Assembly (NCBI GenBank): GCA_948467545.1
Contig: CAOKER010000013.1
Coordinates: forward strand, 3,694 to 67,693
Length of the DNA stretch: 64,000 bases
From: an uncultured Eubacteriales bacterium
Lineage (GTDB): Bacteria; Bacillota; Clostridia; Oscillospirales; CAG-272
Direction of reading: 5' to 3'
Shown here: piece by piece, positions 44,436 through 54,114 of the stretch
How the letters are laid out: every line of letters starts with the position of its first letter
Numbering within the stretch: position 1 is the stretch's first letter
Made by a program: the position numbers and the translations under genes
The notes under the pieces: model-generated
Database searches by the model: none
Told to the model about the DNA's origin: nothing
Seen by the model: only the letters and a program-made list of their open reading frames with translations

Positions 44436-45302
44436 TTATATGTTAATCAGCATTGCAAGTGTTCCCGCAATTATAAGAATCAGTCCGAACAGAGCTTTTT
44501 TTGAGAGCTTTTCCTTAAAGACAAGGTATGAGAAAGCAATTGTTACAACTATGCTTAATTTGTCAATAGGTACGACAACGCTTGCATACCCGTCCCTGAG
44601 AGCTTTGTAATAGCATATCCACGATCCTCCTGTGGCTATGCCCGAAAGACAGATGAAAATCAGCTCTTTTTTAGGAATGTCTTTGATTGTATGCTGTTTT
44701 CCGGAGATAAAAACTACTATCCAAGCCATAATTAATACAACGCAGGTTCTGACAGCTGTTCCGAGGTTTGATTCTACATTTTCAATTCCGATTTTTGCTA
44801 AAATAGATGTAAGACTTGCGAATATTGCTGAAAGTATGGCGTATATTAACCATATCTTGCTTTTTGATTCGCTTACATTATAATCTTGTCTGGAAATCAT
44901 AAGATATGTTCCGATTGATATTGCGGCTGTCGCGGTCAGTTTTATCCACGTGACGCCTTCTCCCAGAAAAAACAATGCCAATATTATTGTAATCACTGTG
45001 CTTGATTTATCTATCGGTACCACCTTGTTTATATCTCCGAGCTGAAGCGCTTTGAAGTAACACAGCCATGAGATTCCGGTGGCGATTCCTGACAGAATCA
45101 GAAATATCCACGCTTTGGCGCTGACGTTTGGAATCGTTTTGTAAGAACCGTCAATCAGAACCATTATCCACGAAAATATCAATACGATTATTGTACGGAT
45201 TGCGGTTGCGGTATTAGAGTCTGTTTTCTTGATTCCGCACTTTGCAAGAATTGAAGTCAATCCGGCGAACAGGGCGGAGCCGAGGGCGTATATTACCCAC
45301 AT
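44436..45302 (-). CDS. EamA/DMT family transporter
   Basis: 288 aa, ten TM helices as two EamA repeats. Confidence 0.8.
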   Translation of the reverse strand: MWVIYALGSALFAGLTSILAKCGIKKTDSNTATAIRTIIVLIFSWIMVLIDGSYKTIPNVSAKAWIFLILSGIATGISWLCYFKALQLGDINKVVPIDKSSTVITIILALFFLGEGVTWIKLTATAAISIGTYLMISRQDYNVSESKSKIWLIYAILSAIFASLTSILAKIGIENVESNLGTAVRTCVVLIMAWIVVFISGKQHTIKDIPKKELIFICLSGIATGGSWICYYKALRDGYASVVVPIDKLSIVVTIAFSYLVFKEKLSKKALFGLILIIAGTLAMLINI

Positions 45303-45383
45303 TTATATGATTTCACCTCTGTGATTGTTGAATTTTCTTTGTCATATGTGCAGAGATACTGTTTACACATGTATTATGGTGAC

Positions 45384-46739
45384 TCATAAATCTTTCCTTA
45401 ACTTTTCGGATATTTGCGAGGCGCGTGTAAGAAGCATAGACTTTTGGTTTTCCGTACTTTGTTCTATCACCTCGTCAAGAAGCATTGACAGGATCAGTCC
45501 GATGGTTTTTCCGTCTGTTATTCCGAGCGCAATTAAATCATGACCGTTTACGGCAAGTGATTTTTTACTTATACATTCTTCATTTTTTAAAATTTCATTT
45601 GCAATTTGTTCGAGCTTATCACACTGAATTAGTCTTTGACGATACTGAGGCGCCTGTGCCAAATTGTCTGCGCGTTTAAGTTCGAGCAGGAGGAAGAACG
45701 TTTCTGGAGTAAGCTTTCCCATTGCTCTTTTTACCGCTTTATCGGTTGCTTCGATTTGCCTGTCGTGATTTTTTACAAGGGTAACGATAAGTTTTCTTGT
45801 GTTATTATCGAATTTGAGTTTTCGCAATATGTCGTCGGATATTTCGGCGCTTACCTCCGGGTGTCCTTTAAAATGTCCTACCCCGTTTTCGTCAAGTGTG
45901 AAGCATTCGGGTTTTCCGCAGTCGTGCAGTAGTGCAGAAAGACGCAGGGGAAAATATGGCCTTACAAAATCGAGAGCGGCGACAGAGTGGGTATAAACAT
46001 CGTAAATATGATGATAATTTTTTTGGTCGAAATCAACCATTGGTGCGAGTTCCGGAAGTATAGTTGTGATTACATCATGATATTCAAGAAGAATTTTCTT
46101 CGCATTGATACCGCATATTAGTCTTGAGAGTTCGGCTGCGATTCTTTCAGAGCTGATTTTGCTGAGAAGCTCCGTCATAGAATGAATTGCTTCGGACGTT
46201 TCTTTTTCGATTTCAAAACCGAGGACGGATGCAAATCTGATTGCGCGCAGAATTCTCAATGCGTCCTCCGAGAATCTTTTTTTCGGAACTCCGACGCATT
46301 TTACCGTTCTGTTTTCTAAATCTCGGATTCCTCCGTGAAAATCAACAAGACCGGTACTGTCGCTGTATGCAATTGCGTTTATTGTAAAATCACGTCTTGC
46401 AGTATCGTCAAAAAGAGAAGATGCAAAGTCTACGGAATCCGGATGACGTCCGTCTGAATATTCGGATTCCGTTCGGTATGTTGTGATTTCGGCTGCTGTC
46501 CCGCCGCATATGACGGTTACGGTGCCGTGTTTTATTCCTGTTTTTATAGTTTTTTCGCCGCGGAATATTTCCGTGATTTTTTGGGGGTGCGCCGATGTGG
46601 CGATGTCGAAGTCATGAGGCGCTTCACCGAGAAGGGAGTCTCTTACGCATCCGCCGATTATATATGCTTCTTCACCGGATTTTTCAATCCTTTCGAGAAT
46701 TGTATTAATTTGCTTCGGTAGTGTGATTTTGTACTTCAT
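45384..46739 (-). CDS. cca: CCA tRNA nucleotidyltransferase with HD domain
   Basis: GGCVRDSLLG, DFDIATS, RRDFTINA and the HD motif LHDCGKP. GGAGT RBS 6 nt before ATG 46739; the track ORF extends to 46772. Confidence 0.85.
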   Translation of the reverse strand: MKYKITLPKQINTILERIEKSGEEAYIIGGCVRDSLLGEAPHDFDIATSAHPQKITEIFRGEKTIKTGIKHGTVTVICGGTAAEITTYRTESEYSDGRHPDSVDFASSLFDDTARRDFTINAIAYSDSTGLVDFHGGIRDLENRTVKCVGVPKKRFSEDALRILRAIRFASVLGFEIEKETSEAIHSMTELLSKISSERIAAELSRLICGINAKKILLEYHDVITTILPELAPMVDFDQKNYHHIYDVYTHSVAALDFVRPYFPLRLSALLHDCGKPECFTLDENGVGHFKGHPEVSAEISDDILRKLKFDNNTRKLIVTLVKNHDRQIEATDKAVKRAMGKLTPETFFLLLELKRADNLAQAPQYRQRLIQCDKLEQIANEILKNEECISKKSLAVNGHDLIALGITDGKTIGLILSMLLDEVIEQSTENQKSMLLTRASQISEKLRKDL

Positions 46740-46935
46740 TGTAATACTCCGTGCCGCTCCTGCGGCAGACAATACGGATTTAATAGATTCTTTGTCAGAC
46801 GTGCCGGTATTTTATACTTATAACTAAAAGTAAGATGTCCCGGGCTCTTTCGCGGCGGGTGCTGAGGCTTTTCGGAAGGGCGGTACAATCGGCGTCCAGA
46901 CGTCTCATAACGGCTCTCTGCGTCTTATTGAAAAT

Positions 46936-46965
46936 AGTATATCATATTTGGAGGAGTTTCGTCAA
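46936..46965 (-). promoter_or_regulatory. minus-strand promoter TTGACG-18-TATACT upstream of cca leader
   Basis: Plus-strand AGTATA at 46936-46941 and CGTCAA at 46960-46965. Confidence 0.4.
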
Positions 46966-46999
46966 ATAGATAATTTCGATTTTTTATTATATTTTTATA

Positions 47000-47028
47000 T
47001 TGACGCCGAATCGCTTTATCTGTATAAT
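47000..47028 (+). promoter_or_regulatory. promoter TTGACG-17-TATAAT
   Basis: Hexamers at 47000-47005 and 47023-47028, upstream of the gene at 47082. Confidence 0.55.
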
Positions 47029-47081
47029 TATTTTATACAGATATTTGTAAAAACGGAAAAATATTACGTGGAGGATTGACA

Positions 47082-47537
47082 ATGCAGAATGTAAGAATTT
47101 ATGAGATGCCGGACTGTAAAATGGTGTCTTCCGGAATTGGAATGTTCGGAGACGAAAATTTTGAAAAATTTGACCGGTTTCTTACTTCTCAGGCGCCCAG
47201 TATGTTTCCAAAGGATTTTTTGTTTTGGGATCAAACCGGATTCCATTGGCTGTATATGTATGAGGAGGGTATGAGTGTTCCGGAAGAATTTGATGTAATC
47301 GATTTTAAGGGAGGTCTGTATGCGGTTGCTACAGATATAGATCAGAAAACCGATACTGAGCTGATGAAGAGTGAGGTGGATGCTTTCTTATCGGAAAACG
47401 GTCTTGAACGGGATGACTCGCGTCCTGAGCTGGGGAATATCATAACTTCTCCGTTAGCGGGTAAAATAATGGGGTATGAACAAATGGATTATTATACTCC
47501 TATAAAAGCCAAAGATCCTACAAAAGTCAAAGAATGA
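47082..47537 (+). CDS. GyrI-like / effector-binding-domain small protein
   Basis: 151 aa. GGAGG lies 7 nt upstream of ATG 47082. The fold assignment is from general resemblance only. Consensus promoter at 47000-47028. Confidence 0.45.
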   Translation: MQNVRIYEMPDCKMVSSGIGMFGDENFEKFDRFLTSQAPSMFPKDFLFWDQTGFHWLYMYEEGMSVPEEFDVIDFKGGLYAVATDIDQKTDTELMKSEVDAFLSENGLERDDSRPELGNIITSPLAGKIMGYEQMDYYTPIKAKDPTKVKE

Positions 47538-47612
47538 ATTCTGCTGCAGTGGGCGGTTATGAATTTAGCGGAGAACTCAAAGCGTTCATTATAACCGAAT
47601 AAATTGATATTG

Positions 47613-47660
47613 CAAACGGTCAGAACCTGATATGAGGTTTTCTTACCGTTTGTTTTTGTT
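47613..47660 (+). terminator. intrinsic terminator, two-tier hairpin
   Basis: Outer stem CAAACGGT / ACCGTTTG, inner stem AACCT / AGGTT, then TTTTT. Confidence 0.6.
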
Positions 47661-47734
47661 ATGTACTGAAGCCGAGTGTGTTTTTAAACCGTAAAGTCGG
47701 TATTGATACAAAAATTAATTAACTGCTTTGTTAA

Positions 47735-47862
47735 GGACACTCAAAATTAAAATATTGTAATACTGCACAAGAACACTCAAAATAAATTGTCGTAATATTG
47801 CATAAGGACGCTAAAAATTATTGTAACACTTCGGCACGAACACTCAAATTTATTGTACTTGT
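47735..47862. repeat. four direct repeats of ~32-36 nt upstream of the guaB promoter
   Basis: GGACACTCAAAA.., GAACACTCAAAA.., GGACGCTAAAAA.., GAACACTCAAAT.., starting at 47735, 47771, 47806 and 47838. Each is followed by a TTGTAA/TTGTAC motif. Confidence 0.85.
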
Positions 47863-47863
47863 C

Positions 47864-47892
47864 TTGACATTGATAATTAACTATGGTATAAT
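47864..47892 (+). promoter_or_regulatory. guaB promoter TTGACA-17-TATAAT (perfect consensus)
   Basis: Hexamers at 47864-47869 and 47887-47892. Confidence 0.65.
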
Positions 47893-47997
47893 CTGATTTT
47901 ATAAAGAAAGGTGTGAAATATTCTCACATTTTGAGTTCTTATAATTTGAAAAAATCAAGTGAAAGGAAGCCTTTGCAGTTCAAAGGCGTGGTGAACT

Positions 47998-49503
47998 ATG
48001 GCTTATTATTACAATGAACCGAGCCGAACCTTCAGCGAGTATCTGCTTGTTCCGGGATATACGGGCGAGGATTGTATTCCGGCAAATGTCTCTTTGAAGA
48101 CTCCTCTTGTAAAATTCCGCAAGGGAGACGAAAATCCGGCCATTTCACTCAATATTCCGCTTGTGTCGGCGATTATGCAGTCGGTTTCCGACGATAAGCT
48201 TGCCATTGCATTGGCGAAAGAAGGCGGAATTTCATTTATATACGGAGCTCAGACAATTGAAAATGAGGCCGCGATGGTTTCCCGCGTTAAAAATTACAAG
48301 GCAGGTTTTGTAGTATCTGATTCAAATTTAAATCCGGAAAGTACGCTTGCCGACGTACTTGAGCTGAAAAAACGGAATGGCTTTTCCACGGTTGCTATAA
48401 CGGATGACAGTACCCCGAACGGAAAGCTTCTCGGAATCGTTACGAGCCGTGATTACCGTGTGTCACGTATGAGCGTGGATGAAAAGGTAAAGGATTTTAT
48501 GACGCCGCTTGATAAACTGGTGACCGCGCCGCTTGGCATAACTTTAAAGGAAGCGAACGATATTATTTGGGAAAATAAACTCAATGCGCTTCCGATTATT
48601 GACGGCGAAGGACATCTTCAGTATTTTGTTTTCCGTAAGGATTATTCGTCTCACAAGGAAAATCCCAATGAGCTGCTTGACAGTAAAAAAAGATTTCTTG
48701 TCGGCGCAGGTATTAATACGCGGGATTATGAGCAGCGCGTTCCTGCGCTTATAGAGGCAGGAGCGGATGTGCTTTGTATAGATTCTTCCGAGGGATATAC
48801 ATGTTGGCAGCAGAATGTAATCAGGTGGATTCGTAAGAATTACGGCGACTCGGTAAAGGTCGGAGCCGGAAATGTTGTTGACAGAGACGGATTTCTGTTT
48901 CTTGCAAGGGCCGGAGCTGATTTTGTAAAAGTCGGAATCGGCGGCGGTTCGATATGTATTACTCGTGAGACAAAAGGAATCGGACGCGGACAGGCTACTG
49001 CGCTTATAGAGGTGGCTGCAGCTCGTGACGATTATTTCCGTGAGACGGGAATTTATGTACCGATTTGCTCTGACGGCGGAATAGTATATGATTATCATAT
49101 GACCCTTGCACTTGCGATGGGAGCGGACTTTCTGATGCTGGGAAGATATTTTGCTCGGTTTGATGAAAGTCCTTCGGATAAGGTTATGGTAAACGGCGTG
49201 TATATGAAGGAATATTGGGGAGAGGGGTCAAACCGTGCCCGTAACTGGCAGCGTTATGATGTCGGCGGTTCAAACCGTCTGAGCTTTGAAGAAGGTGTTG
49301 ATTCGTATGTTACATATGCCGGACCTCTTCACGACAATGTTGAAATCAGTCTGTATAAGGTTCGTTCGACTATGTGCAACTGCGGAGTAACTACGATTCC
49401 TGATTTGCAGAAGAACGCCCGTTTGACGGTTGTTTCTTCCACATCTATTGTTGAGGGCGGTTATCACGATGTAACGCTTCGCTCATCTTCTCAGATTAAG
49501 TAA
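47998..49503 (+). CDS. guaB: IMP dehydrogenase
   Basis: 501 aa with the catalytic loop [13 protein letters not shown], a CBS pair insert and an IMPDH N-terminus. Terminator at 49528-49575. Confidence 0.9.
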   Translation: MAYYYNEPSRTFSEYLLVPGYTGEDCIPANVSLKTPLVKFRKGDENPAISLNIPLVSAIMQSVSDDKLAIALAKEGGISFIYGAQTIENEAAMVSRVKNYKAGFVVSDSNLNPESTLADVLELKKRNGFSTVAITDDSTPNGKLLGIVTSRDYRVSRMSVDEKVKDFMTPLDKLVTAPLGITLKEANDIIWENKLNALPIIDGEGHLQYFVFRKDYSSHKENPNELLDSKKRFLVGAGINTRDYEQRVPALIEAGADVLCIDSSEGYTCWQQNVIRWIRKNYGDSVKVGAGNVVDRDGFLFLARAGADFVKVGIGGGSICITRETKGIGRGQATALIEVAAARDDYFRETGIYVPICSDGGIVYDYHMTLALAMGADFLMLGRYFARFDESPSDKVMVNGVYMKEYWGEGSNRARNWQRYDVGGSNRLSFEEGVDSYVTYAGPLHDNVEISLYKVRSTMCNCGVTTIPDLQKNARLTVVSSTSIVEGGYHDVTLRSSSQIK

Positions 49504-49527
49504 TAATAAATTAACACGGACAATAAA

Positions 49528-49575
49528 ATGTAGTGTCGCCGATCTTGTACGGACTCGGCGGCATTACATAATTTT
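49528..49575 (+). terminator. guaB intrinsic terminator
   Basis: 15-bp stem ATGTAGTGTCGCCGA / TCGGCGGCATTACAT (two G-U pairs), then AATTTT. Confidence 0.7.
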
Positions 49576-49670
49576 CGGCATATTGAATTGTATCGGAGCA
49601 TACAGGGCTTTAGTGTTTTTATCTGTTGTGTTGTCCTCTGAAGTGAAAATCACAAGGAGTTATTTCGGTT

Positions 49671-50261
49671 ATGGAATGGAGTCTCATCTTTTTTCTCAAC
49701 AGCATTATGCTTGGAGTAGGGCTTGCGATGGATGCTTTTTCGGTTTCTCTTGCAAACGGTCTTGAAGAGCCGGACATGCGTCCTGCTAAGATGTGCGGAA
49801 TAGCCGCTGTTTTTGGGGTATTTCAGGCTTTGATGCCACTTGCCGGGTGGACGTGTGTACATACAATTGTTAAAATTTTTGATTCTTTCAGCCGTGTAGT
49901 TCCGTGGATAGCACTTATTCTTCTCGGATATATCGGCGGAAAGATGCTGTTTGAGGGAATAAAAAATAAAAACGGCTCCGGTGAGTCAACAAAAAGAAAG
50001 CTTACTGTAAGCATACTTTTTTTTCAAGGGATTGCCACTTCGATTGATGCGCTGTCTGTCGGCTTTACTATAGCCGATTACGGTATTTTAATGGCGGTTT
50101 TGTGTTCCCTTATAATCGCGGCTGTTACTTTTATAATCTGCATGGCAGGGCTGGAGCTTGGCAAGCGCTTCGGCGTAGCACTTGCGGATAAAGCCTCGAT
50201 TCTCGGAGGAGTTATTCTCATTGTAATCGGCGTGGAGATTTTTATAACCGGAATTTTTTAA
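49671..50261 (+). CDS. mntP: manganese efflux pump MntP
   Basis: 196 aa and six TM helices. Duplicated DAFSV / DALSV motifs typical of MntP. Confidence 0.85.
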   Translation: MEWSLIFFLNSIMLGVGLAMDAFSVSLANGLEEPDMRPAKMCGIAAVFGVFQALMPLAGWTCVHTIVKIFDSFSRVVPWIALILLGYIGGKMLFEGIKNKNGSGESTKRKLTVSILFFQGIATSIDALSVGFTIADYGILMAVLCSLIIAAVTFIICMAGLELGKRFGVALADKASILGGVILIVIGVEIFITGIF

Positions 50262-50268
50262 TGCTTAT

Positions 50269-52848
50269 TTAATTGTTTTTTTGTTTTTCCGTCTGACGCT
50301 CTCCGATACTTGAGAGCGGTTGCTTCTTCAGCTTCTCTATGATTTCCCCGATCCTTTTTTCAGCGTCTTTTACCTCCCGTTCAAACTCGGCTGCCGACAT
50401 TCTCATAACGCCTGACCGCAAAGCTGAAATTTGAATTAAATAATCCGAAGAAACGATCCTCACGCGGTCGTTTTTTTTATACATTGCCGCGAGCCTTTCT
50501 ATATATGCGTCTCCGGTTTCATTCTTTTTGGTATAGACAATTTGAATTCCTTTGAATTCATATATCTTGTCGGAGGAGCATTCGGTGTTGTATGCGTCAA
50601 AAACGAGAATAAGACGCAGCTTTTTAAAAGCAGCAAAATTTACAAGAATATCTGTCAGGCGCATTCTTGCATGTTCAAGGCTGTCTTTGGCAAGCTTTTT
50701 CAGCTCTTCCCAGGAAAAAATAACATTATAGCCGTCAATAATCAGAAGCTCTGTTTTTTGAGCGTCTATATATCCGGAAGGAGTCTCGTCCTTTTTTACT
50801 TCGGGTAATTTATATATAGGCCGATTTATAGGTCCAAGGACACGAAGCATTATATTTTCAAGCTCTTTTTCTGATATCGCGGAAGCTCGTTTTCTTTCCT
50901 GTTTTTCCTGCTTATTCATTTTAGCGAGCGTGTATGGGATGTGCATATATTTGTGTACCTGATTCCATTTTACCGTGAATCCGGAGCCGTGTTCGCAAAA
51001 TACAGAATCAGGCGTATTGTCTGTGTCCCGCTCCGGATCGTATCCGATACGGGCAACTGCCTCCTGTGTGTTATGGCAGCTGTCATATCCGGCAAATTCA
51101 AGAGACAGCTTTCCGCATCCTCCTGTATAAGCTGCCACGGTGGTTTGATAGTTGTTTATAGTGCTGACCGGCGCTTTTCCTCTCAGGATATAATCGGCTC
51201 CGTTCTGTTCAGGCTCTCCGAAGCTTCCGTGCATCATTTGGATGTCATTCATCGCTCTGCCCAGTGTATTACCTGGAATTTGAAGTATGAATGTATAGTA
51301 TGGTTCAAGAAGTACCGAATGAGCATTCATTAGTCCGCATCGAAGCGCGCGCATGGAGGCTTCTCTGAAATCTCCGCCTGCGGTATGCTTTATATGTGAT
51401 TTGCCGGCAATAAACGTAATTTTAATATCGGTTATTTTTGAACCTGTAAGCACACCGGGATGACTTCCGCTCTGAAGTGCGGACATGACTTGCGCTATGT
51501 ACTGCGGTTCAATAGAATCCGTGGGACATTGGACGTCGTATATAATTCCGCTTCCTCGCGGAAGCGGTGTCAGAATAAGGTGAACTTCGGAATAGTGGCG
51601 TAGAGGTTCGTAATGACCGACTCCTTCGGTTTCGCTTTGAATAGTTTCGCGGTAGACGACATGATCGGGAATTATTTCAGTTTGAAGATTGAATCTGCTC
51701 AGGATAAGCGACTGCAGAATTTCTGCCTGTATTGAGCCCATAAGGAGTACGCGAATTGACCTTGAATCCGAATTCCATTCGATGTTAAGCTGCGGCTCCT
51801 CTTCTTCAAGCTGTTTCAGCTTTTTTATTTCTTTTGCCGGATCACTTCCTGAGGGCAGCTTAATTTGATATCTCATAACGGCTTCAAGCATTGGTTTCGG
51901 CTTGTTTTCCTCCAATCCGAGACCGTCGCCGCACATTGTCCGGGACAGACCGGTGACTGCACAAATATCTCCGGCATGTGCCTCGTCGATTGTTTTAAAC
52001 CTGATACCGGAATATTTTCTTATCTGAGATATCTTTTCCTCTTTTCCGCGCGTGGAAACACTGTCCCGCACAGCAAGTTTTCCCCCTGTAATTTTTAAAT
52101 GGGTTTCTCTTCTTCCGTCCGCTCCGTATGTGATTTTGTATACCTTCGCGCCGAAAATGTCAGAGTATTCAACAGGGATGGCGTATTTGTCAAGCATGTC
52201 GATAAAGCTGTCGATACCTGTCATCTTCAGTCCAGAACCGAAGGAACAAGGAAATATTTTTCTTTGTCTGACGGCCTCGACAACGGATGAATCTGAAATT
52301 ATACCGGTGTTTGTGTAGCTGTCGAGAATGTTTTCATCCCTAAGTGCAATATTGTCATTTTTTTGACTTCCTGTCTTGTCGGAAAAGTTGATGCATCCGT
52401 CGGAAAGCTCAGACTGTAAGGACTTCATGAGTTCTTTTTCCGTGTATGCGCAATAGTCCATTTTGGTTACGAATATAAAAACGGGAATTTCATAATGCGC
52501 AAGCAGCTTCCAAAGTGTTCTTGTATGCGGCTGAACGCCGTCTGTACCGCTGATGACGAGAATTGAGTAGTCAAGAATAGGAAGAATTCTTTCGGTTTCT
52601 GCAGAAAAATCTATATGTCCGGGTGTGTCGATAAGATTTATCTCCTTGTCGCCGGCTGTAAAGCTGCTTTCACCTGAAAATATTGTAATTCCTCGGTTTT
52701 TTTCAAGCTCATGTGAATCGAGAAGCGTGTTTCCGCAATCCACCCGTCCGGCTTTTCTCAGTTTTCCGGAACGGTAGAGTATTGCCTCGGCAAGAGTTGT
52801 TTTTCCGGCGTCAACATGTGCGGTTATGCCAATTGTTATTTTTTTCAT
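50269..52848 (-). CDS. Tet(M)/EF-G-like translational GTPase fused to C-terminal YacP/Rae1-type NYN domain
   Basis: G1 AHVDAGKT, G2 RGITI, G3 DTPGH, G4 TKMD, with domains II-V readable. The last ~160 aa (50272-50754) match YacP motifs (IIDGYNVIFSW, ILVFDA, YTKKNETGDAYIERLA, VSSDY). The track ORF extends to 52992; ATG 52848 gives the usual MKKITIGITAHVDAGKT start. Confidence 0.8.
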   Translation of the reverse strand: MKKITIGITAHVDAGKTTLAEAILYRSGKLRKAGRVDCGNTLLDSHELEKNRGITIFSGESSFTAGDKEINLIDTPGHIDFSAETERILPILDYSILVISGTDGVQPHTRTLWKLLAHYEIPVFIFVTKMDYCAYTEKELMKSLQSELSDGCINFSDKTGSQKNDNIALRDENILDSYTNTGIISDSSVVEAVRQRKIFPCSFGSGLKMTGIDSFIDMLDKYAIPVEYSDIFGAKVYKITYGADGRRETHLKITGGKLAVRDSVSTRGKEEKISQIRKYSGIRFKTIDEAHAGDICAVTGLSRTMCGDGLGLEENKPKPMLEAVMRYQIKLPSGSDPAKEIKKLKQLEEEEPQLNIEWNSDSRSIRVLLMGSIQAEILQSLILSRFNLQTEIIPDHVVYRETIQSETEGVGHYEPLRHYSEVHLILTPLPRGSGIIYDVQCPTDSIEPQYIAQVMSALQSGSHPGVLTGSKITDIKITFIAGKSHIKHTAGGDFREASMRALRCGLMNAHSVLLEPYYTFILQIPGNTLGRAMNDIQMMHGSFGEPEQNGADYILRGKAPVSTINNYQTTVAAYTGGCGKLSLEFAGYDSCHNTQEAVARIGYDPERDTDNTPDSVFCEHGSGFTVKWNQVHKYMHIPYTLAKMNKQEKQERKRASAISEKELENIMLRVLGPINRPIYKLPEVKKDETPSGYIDAQKTELLIIDGYNVIFSWEELKKLAKDSLEHARMRLTDILVNFAAFKKLRLILVFDAYNTECSSDKIYEFKGIQIVYTKKNETGDAYIERLAAMYKKNDRVRIVSSDYLIQISALRSGVMRMSAAEFEREVKDAEKRIGEIIEKLKKQPLSSIGERQTEKQKNN

Positions 52849-52925
52849 TCTTATAACCGTGCCTTTAATCAGAATATCTGAAGTTTTTACATAAGGCTTT
52901 GATTTAAGCCTGTCGGCGGTGATTT

Positions 52926-53852
52926 TTATTTTAAAAGGAGAGTAATTATCGGAATTGTAATAAAGCATAAAACCGTGCTGACGAGAAGGCATCTTGCCGC
53001 CATATCCGGTTCGCTTTCATGAATTTCGGAAAGCGCAAGGATGACCGAAGCGCACGGAGTCGCCGCAAGAATTGTGACGGCAGAGCGGAATACCGGAGAT
53101 ACCGGAAGCAGGCAAGACGCGGCAAAGCAGAAGCATGGAAAAACTAAAAGCTTCATGAAACATATTATATATACAATCGGTTTGCAGAAAACCGCTTTAA
53201 GTTTTGTCGAAGCAAGGCGAATTCCGAGTATAAACATACATAGAGGGGTTGAAATATCGGCGATGGTATCAATGGCGCCGATAAGCGGATTCGGAAGAAT
53301 GTTCTTTACCCCGAAGATGTAAAAGGGAAGAGCGATTACAAATCCGAATATTGTCGGATTTAACAATGCGCTTTTTACCGAAATATATTTTTTGTCATTT
53401 GTAAGGCAGAATACTCCGACGGTAAATATGAGAATATTCATTGTTACCATATTTACGGCGCAGTAGCACGCCACCTCAGGATTGTCGGGCAGAAGCGCCC
53501 GTGTTATCGGCATACCGAAAAATCCGACGTTTCCGAGAACTGAAGCAATTGTAAGAAGTCTGTATTTGCTTTCCGAGTATCTGTGTTTCAGAATAAGATA
53601 AAGAATAAGCATAAATACGCTCTGAAGACAGAACGATACGATAAAAAATTTGATCATTTCTACGGTTTCCGACATGGAAAAATCCAGTGACATGAAAGCC
53701 GAAATTTCAAGAAAGGGGGTACAGATGTAAATAAGAATTCCGGACAGAGTTTGCAGATGAGCTTCGGAGGCTTTATTCATCTTTCGGATGACAAACCCCG
53801 GAATCATGTAAAAGAGTGTGACAAGTACGGTGGACAGCGATATACTAAACAT
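52926..53852 (-). CDS. AEC (auxin efflux carrier) family transporter
   Basis: 308 aa, ~10 TM helices, AEC-like N-terminus (LFYMIPGFVIRK). Confidence 0.75.
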   Translation of the reverse strand: MFSISLSTVLVTLFYMIPGFVIRKMNKASEAHLQTLSGILIYICTPFLEISAFMSLDFSMSETVEMIKFFIVSFCLQSVFMLILYLILKHRYSESKYRLLTIASVLGNVGFFGMPITRALLPDNPEVACYCAVNMVTMNILIFTVGVFCLTNDKKYISVKSALLNPTIFGFVIALPFYIFGVKNILPNPLIGAIDTIADISTPLCMFILGIRLASTKLKAVFCKPIVYIICFMKLLVFPCFCFAASCLLPVSPVFRSAVTILAATPCASVILALSEIHESEPDMAARCLLVSTVLCFITIPIITLLLK

Positions 53853-53987
53853 TAATTATAACTCCGATTAAATTGATGCATATAGATAATAGTATAGCAG
53901 TGTAAAAAGAAAAAATCAAGTCAATAAAGATAATGAATTCCTGACGCATAATTTTAGTTCGCTTTTTTCTTCATGTGTTTAAACGGG

Positions 53988-54016
53988 TTGACAAAAAAGC
54001 ATAAAAACTATATTAT
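53988..54016 (+). promoter_or_regulatory. promoter TTGACA-17-TATTAT upstream of the ZIP transporter gene
   Basis: Hexamers at 53988-53993 and 54011-54016. Confidence 0.5.
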
Positions 54017-54114
54017 ATTATTTATACATAAAAGAAACTGTCAATGACATTTTAGTTTTTTTCTTAGACGGCAGATTTGTTTTAATTTTGACTTTAGAAA
54101 GGCATGTGATTGGT

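Noticed and set aside
46840-46925. Possible SRP (4.5S) RNA, because of GGTGCTGAGGC...TTCGGAAGG.
   Set aside because: The helix-8 consensus (GGAA tetraloop closed by conserved AGCA/GGAA internal loops) cannot be aligned, and the flanking pairing is absent.
49576-49670. Expected a yybP-ykoY manganese riboswitch in the 95 nt between the guaB terminator and mntP.
   Set aside because: The conserved blocks I remember for this riboswitch (GGAGAGUAG-like 5' block, UUGACAUA-like and AGACC-like 3' blocks) are not present. The region is short and AT-rich.
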